Source: an uncultured Verrucomicrobiae bacterium
GTDB taxonomy: Bacteria > Verrucomicrobiota > Verrucomicrobiia > Chthoniobacterales > Terrimicrobiaceae
NCBI GenBank assembly: GCA_963706955.1
Contig: CAVPOC010000008.1
Span: forward strand, 384,001 to 448,000
Direction of reading: 5' to 3'
Length of the DNA: 64,000 bases
The number at the start of each line of letters is the position of its first letter. Within the stretch, counting starts at the first letter, position 1. A program made the position numbers and the translations under genes. Below the pieces are notes generated by a model. That model searched no databases. It was not told where the DNA came from and worked only from the letters and a program-made list of their open reading frames with translations. Shown here piece by piece: positions 29,717 through 38,473 of the stretch.

Positions 29717-31344
29717 CTCGCGAATCCCTGCTCGCTGGCGCTATCGTCCTGCCGCTTGCCATGTTGTTTGCGTGCGTATCGGCAAGCGGGAGGAGGCACA
29801 TGACGAGTTGGCTTTGGCTTGCTCCATTACCGGCGCTCACGGCCGCAATATTCGGCAGCTGGAATTTTCCCCTAATCCTTAGCAGGACGCCGGACCGACT
29901 AAGTTTGATGCTCGACCCCTCCGGTTGCATGCTGATGATGGCCGCTTCGGCGTTATGGATCGCGGCAGGAGCTTCCGTTCCAGGTTTTTTTCGGGGAAAG
30001 CGCATCGGCGGGAGCTTTCCAGTGTGCTGGCTGCTCACGCTCATTGGCAGCATCGGAATATTCCTCGCCGCCGACCTTGCGAGTTTTCTGGTGTTTTACG
30101 CGCTCGTCAGCCTGCCCGCCTATGGACTGATAACTTATGATGGCACGCCCGCCGCTCGTCGTGCAGGCGCCATTTACATGGGCTTCGCATTGCTTGGCGA
30201 GAATCTACTTCTCGTGGGCTTCGTGCTACTTGCCTCGAATGCTCCGAGCGGCAGTTTGATAATCGCAGACCTCGTCGCCGCCCTTTATGCGGCGCCCTGG
30301 CGGGATGTGATCCTTTCGTTGTTGATAGGAGCCTTTGGCATCAAGATCGCTCTGCTGCCAGTGCATTTTTGGATGCCGCTCAGCTACACAGCGTCGCCGG
30401 TTCCGGCGGCCGCGGTTCTCAGTGGGGCCGCTGTGAAAGCCGGAATTATCGGGCTCATTCGATTTTTGCCTCTCGATGTGGCGCTTCCGGACTGGGGAGA
30501 ACTGCTGACGATCGTCGGACTTTGCGGAGCGTTCTATGGCGTTGTGGTGGGTATCACGCAATCGGATCCCAAGACCGTGCTAGCCTATTCCAGCGTCAGC
30601 CAGATGGGGTTTTTGGCGGCGGTCCTTGGCATGGGACTTTCTGCCGGCGATGGCGAAGCCGCACCGATTGCCGCCTTTTACGCAGCTCACCACGTTCTGG
30701 TAAAAGGCGCTCTGTTCCTCGCGGTAGGAGTCGCTGCCGTGATTGGAGCACGTCGGATGGCCCTGGTGCTGGTGCCTGGAGCCGCCATCGGCCTTGGCCT
30801 GGCGGGATTGCCGCTGACCGGAGGCGCCTTAGCTAAGCTTGCCGCGAAAGTTCCCTTCGGCTATGGACTCGCCGGGGTACTTGCGACTTGCTCGGCAGCC
30901 GGGACAGCACTCTTGATGCTCCATTTTCTTCAGCGCATCGCCTCGACGGCGAATCAGAAGGCTGCCAAGGAGCCGCCGACCATACCGGTGATCGCATGGC
31001 TAGCGACGGCTTGTCTATGCGTCGGACTTCCTTGGGCGGTCTATCCAATGGCGGGGCTAGGCTCCTTCTCTGATGCCTTCGCCCCAGCGATTATTTGGAA
31101 AACGCTCTGGCCAGTGCTGGTCGGTGTAGGATTGTTCATTGGCCTGCGGCACTGGCGCCCTCCGCTCCCCAGCATTCCGAGCGGCGACATCGTGGCGCTT
31201 GGCGCGGGCCTCTCGCGCGCCATCCCCACCTGGGGAGCCATGATCGCAAGACTCGACGGCATTCTGCGATTCTGGACTGCTGCATGCCTGATGCTCCTTT
31301 TGATTGTGCTCCTGCTGGTCCTGGCGATGGGGGCCGGAGGTTGA
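29713..31344 (+). CDS. Second MrpD/MrpA-like (NuoL/HyfB-like) proton-conducting subunit
   Basis: KIALLPVHFWMP, LAYSSVSQMG, HHVLVKGALFL; ATG 29713 overlaps the previous stop. Confidence 0.85.
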   Translation: MTRESLLAGAIVLPLAMLFACVSASGRRHMTSWLWLAPLPALTAAIFGSWNFPLILSRTPDRLSLMLDPSGCMLMMAASALWIAAGASVPGFFRGKRIGGSFPVCWLLTLIGSIGIFLAADLASFLVFYALVSLPAYGLITYDGTPAARRAGAIYMGFALLGENLLLVGFVLLASNAPSGSLIIADLVAALYAAPWRDVILSLLIGAFGIKIALLPVHFWMPLSYTASPVPAAAVLSGAAVKAGIIGLIRFLPLDVALPDWGELLTIVGLCGAFYGVVVGITQSDPKTVLAYSSVSQMGFLAAVLGMGLSAGDGEAAPIAAFYAAHHVLVKGALFLAVGVAAVIGARRMALVLVPGAAIGLGLAGLPLTGGALAKLAAKVPFGYGLAGVLATCSAAGTALLMLHFLQRIASTANQKAAKEPPTIPVIAWLATACLCVGLPWAVYPMAGLGSFSDAFAPAIIWKTLWPVLVGVGLFIGLRHWRPPLPSIPSGDIVALGAGLSRAIPTWGAMIARLDGILRFWTAACLMLLLIVLLLVLAMGAGG

Positions 31345-31465
31345 ACACCCGCCAGTGCGATTTTTCGCTGGCCGTTCGTATCGGCTATGCTCTTCCCCAG
31401 GAGAAGAGATAATCTTCTCGCCCTGACTTCGCGCTTCCACGAAGCTCTGGGAAATTTTGCCGGGC

Positions 31466-32578
31466 ATGCATCGCAATATCACCTTGTGGGTTCTCTTTCA
31501 TAGGATCGGATTGCTAACCGCTCTGGTCTGGGTGAGCGGATGTTCTCCAGACGAAAAGCCAGCGCCCGCTGTTCCGCCGGTCCAGACCTTTGTTCTTGGA
31601 GCCTCCAGCGAGGCGCCGTTCCGACGTTTCCCAGGCGAGGTCGCCGCTTCCGACAGCTCAAACATGTCTTTTGACGTGCCAGGCCGGCTGATCGAATTTC
31701 CTGCAACCCAGGGCATGGTCTCTAAGTATGGCGAACTTTTGGGGCGCCTTGACGAAACGAACTTTGTTGCCCGGGTAGACTCTGCGCGTGCCGACTTCAG
31801 TAACGCCCACGCCGAGGTCGCCCGGCGCCGTCAGCTCTTCCAACGCGGGGTGATCTCCCGCAGTGAACTGGATGGATTTCAACGCGCCAACGATGTGGCG
31901 GAAGCAACGCTTCGCGAGGCGCAGCGCGCGCTCGACGACACGCGCCTGCTTGCTCCATTCGACGGACGCGTCGCCCGAACCCTGGTGAACAACTTTCAGA
32001 ACGTGCAGGCCCACCAGCCTGTGCTCGTCTTTCAAAACATCTCGATTTTGGAAGTCGATATCGAGGTGCCGGAAACGGACATGTCCGGAGCCGAACGTGG
32101 CATCACTGCCCGGAATGCGCGCGACCTCCTGGAGGCCAGGGCCGAGTTCCCGACGATCCCGGATCGACAGTTTGATCTCGAGCTGAAGTCTTTCAGCGCG
32201 GCGGCAACACCGGTCACCCGGACGTTTAGGGTGACCTTCAACCTATACCCGCCTGAGGGTCAGAACATCCTTCCGGGCATGACCTGTACCGTTCTCCTGA
32301 GGCAGAGGAGCCGGCTCAGCAGCCAACTGGCTGAAGAAGGCGCCTTCGAAGTGCCGGTGCGGGCCGTTTCCACGGCCAACGGAAAGAGCTCGGTGTGGAA
32401 GCTGAATCCCACATCGATGCAAGTTAGCCGTGTAGATGTCGATATGGTTGGAGTAGCCGGCGCCTCGATGAAACTGCGAAGTGCCGCTCTCGCCGCAAAC
32501 GACGAAATCGTCACCTCCGGCGTTCGCTTTTTGTCGGAGGGGATGAAGGTGCGCCGGATGCAAGCGAACAATCCCTGA
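31466..32578 (+). CDS. RND efflux periplasmic adaptor (membrane fusion protein), putative lipoprotein
   Basis: Lipobox VSGC, LLAPFDGRV, TRTFRV, LPGMT. Confidence 0.9.
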   Translation: MHRNITLWVLFHRIGLLTALVWVSGCSPDEKPAPAVPPVQTFVLGASSEAPFRRFPGEVAASDSSNMSFDVPGRLIEFPATQGMVSKYGELLGRLDETNFVARVDSARADFSNAHAEVARRRQLFQRGVISRSELDGFQRANDVAEATLREAQRALDDTRLLAPFDGRVARTLVNNFQNVQAHQPVLVFQNISILEVDIEVPETDMSGAERGITARNARDLLEARAEFPTIPDRQFDLELKSFSAAATPVTRTFRVTFNLYPPEGQNILPGMTCTVLLRQRSRLSSQLAEEGAFEVPVRAVSTANGKSSVWKLNPTSMQVSRVDVDMVGVAGASMKLRSAALAANDEIVTSGVRFLSEGMKVRRMQANNP

Positions 32579-32585
32579 TGCGGCA

Positions 32586-35500
32586 ATGAATATTGCTGAG
32601 GCGTCCATTCGAAAGAAGACGGTCACGCTCGTCTTCGCTGTCCTCATGGTCGTTTTGGGCATTTGGTCCTACATTCACTTGCCGCGGCTGGAAGACCCCG
32701 AGTTCACGATTAAAGACGCCCTTATTGTTACGCCCTACCCTGGTGCGTCCGCCCAGCAGGTGGAGAAAGAGGTCAGCGACGTTATCGAACGCGCAGTCCA
32801 GCAGCTCGAGCAACTCGACCGCGTGGTCTCCCGCTCCGAAAGGGGACGCAGCACAATCACCGTCACGATCAAGGACCAATACGACCGACACACGCTTCCA
32901 CAGGTATGGGATGAGCTCAGGCGTAGGGTCTCCGATTCCCAGCGCCATCTGCCACCGGGCGCCGGGCCATCCCTGGTGGTCGATGATTTCGGTGACGTCT
33001 TTGGGATTTTCTATGCGCTCACGGGACCGGAGTTCTCAGACGCGGAGCTCTACGATACGGCGAAATTGCTCCGACGCGAACTGCTCTTGGTTCCCGACGT
33101 TAAGAAAATCGAGATCTTCGGGCACCAGCAGGAGGTTATTTATATCGAACTCGCCCGCGATCGCATCGCCCAACTAGGTATTCGCCCAGAGACGATTTTT
33201 GCCGCTCTGCGCGAGCAAAATCTTGTTGTTCAAAGCGGAGCTGTGGACGTCGGGCCACTCGCGCTAACGATCAATCCGACCGGGGAATGGACGGGCGTCG
33301 AGGATTTCGAAAACTTGCTCATCCGCGGCGGAGGCGATGGCGGTGAACTCATCCGTCTAAGCGATATTGCGAATGTCCGTCGCGACTACATTGACCCTCC
33401 AACGACATCGCTGCGCTATGATGGTGAACGGGCCATCGGCATTGGCATCTCGACGGTGGGCGGCGGCAACGTAGTCACCATGGGCGCGGCCGTCGAGCGG
33501 CGCATCCGAGAACTTGGCTCGCGGATCCCCCTGGGTATGGAGCTACACAAGATCTCCTTTCAGGCGGATACTGTGACTGAAGCGATCGATGAGTTCATTC
33601 TCAACCTGGGCATTTCGATCGTGATCGTCTTCGTTGTGCTGCTCCTTGCGATGGGCATTCGTAGCGGGCTGATCATCGGCGGAATCTTATTCATTACGAT
33701 GTGCGGCACGATGATCGTCATGGCGCAAACGGGCCTGATTCTGGAGCGCATCTCCCTCGGTGCCCTCGTCATCGCTCTCGTGATGTTGGTCGACAACGCT
33801 ATCGTGATTACCGAAGGCATGCTCGTTGCCATGCAAAAAGGCCACGATAAATTGCGGGCGGCGAAAGATGTCGTTTCGCAGACCGCAATCCCTCTCTTGG
33901 GTTCGACAGCAATCGCGGTGCTCGCCTTCGGGGCGATTGGACTCTCGGACGATAAGACCGGAGAATACTGCCGTTCCCTCTTTGTAGTTCTCCTGATCGC
34001 TCTCGGCTTGAGCTGGATCACCGCGGTCACCATCACCCCGCTTTTTGGTTACTTCTTCTTGAAATCTGTCCCGTCAAGCGAGGACATCAAAGCGAAAGAT
34101 CCCTATGCGGGTTCCATTTTCCAGGGATACAAAAAAATTCTCCTCGCCTGCATGCGGGCGCGCGGCCTGACCGTCGCAGTCCTCGTGGGAATGCTCGCGC
34201 TGTCCATTTTCGCATTCCGGTTTCTCAGCAACAGCTTTTTCCCGGAATCGACCCGCGCACAATTCATGGTCGATGTTTGGCTCTCTGGGGGGACTCGGCT
34301 TGATCAGACCGACCGCGTGACCCAGGAGATGCGCAACTTCATCGCGGACATTCCCGGAATCACACACATCACCACGTCCGTCGGCCAAGGCGCCTTGCGC
34401 TTTCTTTTGACCTATTCGCCTGAGCGATTCGATCCATCGTACGCGCAATTTCTCATCGATGTGAAGGAGCAGTCTCTCATCAACGAGGTTTTGCCACGCG
34501 TGCAGGCCGAACTCACCGAGAAGTATCCCGATGCCCAGATCATCGCCAAGCGATTCCTCTTAGGCCCCGGCGAAGGCGGCCGCATACAAGTGCGCTTTTC
34601 GGGGGATGACTATGGCACCCTTCGTTCCCTCGCCGCGCAGGCCATGGAAATTCTCCGCGCTGATGGCGGAGCCAAGGGGATCCGGATTGATAGTCGCGAG
34701 CCAGTTCCCACGCTGCGCCCGCAGTTTTCTGAAGCGCAGGCTCGCCTGACAGGAATCACACGCACGGACCTCGGCCGAACGCTTGAAGCCGCCTTCAGCG
34801 GACAGCGTATCGGTGTTTATCGTGAGGGCGACGAACTTCTGCCGATTATGGCACGAGGCCCTGAGGCCGAGCGCGCCGACCCTGACCTTATCCGAGATGT
34901 GCAGATCTTTAGCCCAGTGGCGAATCGTTTTCTGCCGGTAAGACAGATTGTTTCCGATTTCACCACCGATTTGGAAGATCCGATCCGCATGCGAAGAAAC
35001 CGCTTGCCGACGATCACCGTGCACGCGGACCAGACTTCCGGCCTTGCCAGCACGCTGCTCAACCGGGTGCGAGGACAAATTGAGGCCATCCCTCTGCCCT
35101 ATGGTTACAGGATGGAGTGGGGCGGCGAATACGAAGACTCCTCGAAAGCGAAAGCGGCGCTCGCTGGCACGCTACCGGCCTTTTTGCTGTTGATGGTGCT
35201 GATCGTGATCTGCCTCTTCAATTCTCTGCGCGTCACTCTCATCATCTGGTTGACCGTGCCGCTTTCCATCATTGGAATCGTGGTCGGTCTGCTGCTTTTC
35301 AACCAACCTTTCGGTTTTATGGCGCTGCTCGGCGCACTCAGCCTGTCGGGCATGCTCATCAAAAACGGAATCGTTTTGATCGACGAAATCAACTCCCAGC
35401 TCACTTCGGGCAAGGCGCCCTGGGACGCTGTGGTCGATGCCTCGGTTAGCCGCGTGCGCCCAGTATCGATGGCGGTTCTCACCACCGTCTTCGGGCTAAT

Positions 35501-35681
35501 CCCACTGCTCTTCGATGTGTTCTTTGGGGCGATGGCGGTCACGATCGTCGTCGGTCTCCTCTTCGCCTCCGCGCTTACCCTTTTCGTCGTCCCCGTCCTC
35601 TATGCGATGTTTTTCAAGGTCCGGCCCGAGAAGGAGCCAATTTCAAGGTATGCAGAAGCAGGTGCCGCCTCGCGCGCCTAG
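32586..35681 (+). CDS. RND efflux transporter permease (AcrB family)
   Basis: 1031 aa; EDPEFTI, YPGASA, MLVDNAIV, KNGIVL, SRVRPV. Confidence 0.95.
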   Translation: MNIAEASIRKKTVTLVFAVLMVVLGIWSYIHLPRLEDPEFTIKDALIVTPYPGASAQQVEKEVSDVIERAVQQLEQLDRVVSRSERGRSTITVTIKDQYDRHTLPQVWDELRRRVSDSQRHLPPGAGPSLVVDDFGDVFGIFYALTGPEFSDAELYDTAKLLRRELLLVPDVKKIEIFGHQQEVIYIELARDRIAQLGIRPETIFAALREQNLVVQSGAVDVGPLALTINPTGEWTGVEDFENLLIRGGGDGGELIRLSDIANVRRDYIDPPTTSLRYDGERAIGIGISTVGGGNVVTMGAAVERRIRELGSRIPLGMELHKISFQADTVTEAIDEFILNLGISIVIVFVVLLLAMGIRSGLIIGGILFITMCGTMIVMAQTGLILERISLGALVIALVMLVDNAIVITEGMLVAMQKGHDKLRAAKDVVSQTAIPLLGSTAIAVLAFGAIGLSDDKTGEYCRSLFVVLLIALGLSWITAVTITPLFGYFFLKSVPSSEDIKAKDPYAGSIFQGYKKILLACMRARGLTVAVLVGMLALSIFAFRFLSNSFFPESTRAQFMVDVWLSGGTRLDQTDRVTQEMRNFIADIPGITHITTSVGQGALRFLLTYSPERFDPSYAQFLIDVKEQSLINEVLPRVQAELTEKYPDAQIIAKRFLLGPGEGGRIQVRFSGDDYGTLRSLAAQAMEILRADGGAKGIRIDSREPVPTLRPQFSEAQARLTGITRTDLGRTLEAAFSGQRIGVYREGDELLPIMARGPEAERADPDLIRDVQIFSPVANRFLPVRQIVSDFTTDLEDPIRMRRNRLPTITVHADQTSGLASTLLNRVRGQIEAIPLPYGYRMEWGGEYEDSSKAKAALAGTLPAFLLLMVLIVICLFNSLRVTLIIWLTVPLSIIGIVVGLLLFNQPFGFMALLGALSLSGMLIKNGIVLIDEINSQLTSGKAPWDAVVDASVSRVRPVSMAVLTTVFGLIPLLFDVFFGAMAVTIVVGLLFASALTLFVVPVLYAMFFKVRPEKEPISRYAEAGAASRA

Positions 35682-35864
35682 ACAGAGTGAACTTATCCCT
35701 AAGTTTGCGGCGCTTTCTCAGCCTCAGAGCAGGGCCCGCCGTTCCACCCTCCGATGCGAATACCGTTCTCCACGGCCAGAGAAGGTCGCATTAGCCAGCG
35801 ACGGCTGCTTCGCTCCAACCGAACTCCGAAAAGATTCCCGGCTTTCGCTGGTTGCTCGGTAGGA

Positions 35865-38196
35865 TTAGTTGGATTTCCTCGCCGGGACTAGCCGCCATGT
35901 CACCCTGCCTACCTCTTCGTTCTCGAACCACTGGCGCGCGAAGATCTCGAACTGGTGCTTCCGCATCTCGCGCGGCACATTTACCAGCAATCGCATCGGA
36001 ATCCGCGATTTGGCCGGAAATACCACCTCGGGAAATGAGGTGCGCCCGCAAGGATTCACCGGAGCATAGACCACGCGGCGCTGTTTCGCTCCCTTCACCT
36101 GCGTCGGCTGCGCTTGGAGCAGTTGTGCCCAGTCGAGTGAAATTTCCAGGACCGCCGCCGACCCTTTTGGCAACCGACCCACCACTTCAAGCCGCATCCG
36201 CCGCGCCCTGTCTGGCGCACCGGCCGCCAAAAATGGCAGCGGCACATAGTTCGGCGGTTCGCCTGAGGGCGGAGGGGTGTTATTGACCACATTGAAATTC
36301 CGCCACGTCACGTTGTTGTTGGCGCGGATAAAAAGCCGAAAGTTGTCCCAGCTCAAAAAATCAGCTGGTGCCGGTGCCGGATCGTGCGCGTGCCCGATCA
36401 ACGCAACGAAACAATAGTGTCCGGTCGTGGGTATTGCGCCCGAGGACCAGACGATGGCATCTGATACTGTCAACAGATCGCCGGTCGGCACGCTGGGGAG
36501 AGTCGTTGAGCCAACCAAGGTCCAAAGGTCTGGGGTCACCAACGTCGCGACAGGGGCCCAATACACTGTCGCATCGACGTTAGCCGCGACCGAGCTACCC
36601 CTGTTGCGGACGCGCACATAGACGAAGTTGTCCTGCCCGGCCTCTGCTTCGAAGCCCAGGGTTGGGCTGTTCTCCGTCCCGCTTCCTTCACCGAACGATG
36701 CTTGCGGGTCCGATTCCGCGGTCGGCCGCAGAATTACATCTGGGCTGGCGGAGATCGCCCCTGTGTGCGGGTCGCCTACATCGCCGACGAAATCCCTCAG
36801 GTAGAGATCGGGCGCGAGATTTAGCACGTCGCCATCTATGATCGCGCGCAAATTAGGCATCACCCCGATGCGATCTCCCGGAGGGTTCTGGGATGCTGTT
36901 CCGTTCGCCGGATCGCTTAAGATTGCGCGGCACGGCCCGGGGCCGAAGCGATGCCCCAGATTTGCTTCAGCCAGCCCCTGCAGTGCCAGTGCCGCGCCCG
37001 TGACGATGGGAGAGGCGCTCGACGTGCCGCTGAAGCTCGAGGTGTAGAGATTCGTCGCCGTATTGGTTCCATCGGAGGACAATGTGTCGACGTTCTCGCC
37101 CCAGCCGTAGCAGTCAATTCGACTGCCGAAGCAGGAAAACGCGAGGCGAGTGTGAGGAGCAATGGAGCTTGCCGCTCCGACGATAATCGCTCCGGAATCC
37201 TGGAAGTCCGCACTGGCGCGATTCAAGATCTGCTGCCCACTTGGGTTGACCACGGTGTCCAAGTCAACGCCACCATTGCCCGCCGCCTCGACGACCACGA
37301 TACCGAGCGCTGTGGCCAAACTGATCACATCGAACACCGCTGGTTCGATCTCCACGGGAACTAGCGAGTAACCCCACAAAGTCGTTTGTGCCTCTAGCAA
37401 CAAGACATCGCCGAAGCTCATGACGGATACCGCATCGGCAATAGCTTGCGACGTGCTATACCCTCCGCCCGTCAGCCATTGACTCACGCAACGGACAGAG
37501 CCCAGCGCGGGAACAATCCCAACGCACCCCACCGCGTTATCCACCGCGCTCAATTCGCCCAGCACGCCCGTGCCGTGGAAAAAGTACCGAGTGGTTGATG
37601 CCGGAGATAAGGGTGATGCCGTGGGCCGCGAGGTCCTCGTGGTTGAACGTCCACCCCCATTCCAGATCCACCAGCGATTGGCCTGCGCCGTCCCCTCCTG
37701 GAAAGCTCCAGGCGTACTCGGCACCGATTCCATCCGGGGCCGGATCAAGGTAGCCTTGGTTGGGGCTGCGCGGATCGTCCGCCGGGTTTACTGCCGGTGG
37801 CTCCACCGGCGGCGGTTCAAGGTAGGCAAACAAAACAGAGGGCCAGCTTGATAGTGCCTTAGTCAATGTCTCCGGATCTACTCCGACGGGGACCTTCACT
37901 GCGTAATAACTTAAAAGATCGGGTGAGCGATATGTCGGATCGGCTGCCGCCGCTCGCCTGACCAGGCCGAGGATATCGCTGCGCTTTTTCGACGCAAAGA
38001 GCGGCTCGATCGTAATCCCCTTGAACTCTGCGGCAAGTCGTTGCCACGGGCCGATACCGCGTTGTTCGATCTCTCTGGCTGCGCTCTGCCCGTGCCGCAA
38101 CTGAATGTGGTCACGAAACTTTACAATGACTCGCGGACGGTATTCTCCTCGAGATCGCCTCGGCGATTTACCACGGCGAGATTTCTTTGCTGGCAT
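35865..38196 (-). CDS. Subtilisin-like S8 serine protease with C-terminal beta-rich domain, frameshifted at ~37588
   Basis: VDLEWGW (Asp) in ORF 37537..38196; HGTGV (His), AAGNG and SGTSSASP (Ser) in ORF 35865..37748; 2332 nt minus 1 = 777 codons. Confidence 0.88.
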
Positions 38197-38473
38197 ACGC
38201 TCTCCTCGTTTATTCCCGCCGGCAGCTTTCTAAGAATGCCAGCGCTACTTACAAAGATATTTGCAGCCTCGAGTTTCAGACTTTAACCGAAATCGATGGG
38301 CGATTCGGAGCAACGTCAGGGGAGACGAAGAAGCGCCTCGCTGACAACCAGCGTCCGAAATCTTAGTTTGATCTCGGTGTCGGCAGTTATCGGTAGCGAG
38401 CGAGCGACGCTCGCCGCACTCGGATTATTGCCAGCCCTGGGATTTCCTTTGCGACTTGCCCGAGCTCCCTACC

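Noticed and set aside
1206..31344. nuoBC plus the Mrp genes forming an Mbx/Ehr-like complex
   Set aside because: They are ~24 kb apart on opposite strands, with no NuoD, NuoH or NuoI homolog near either
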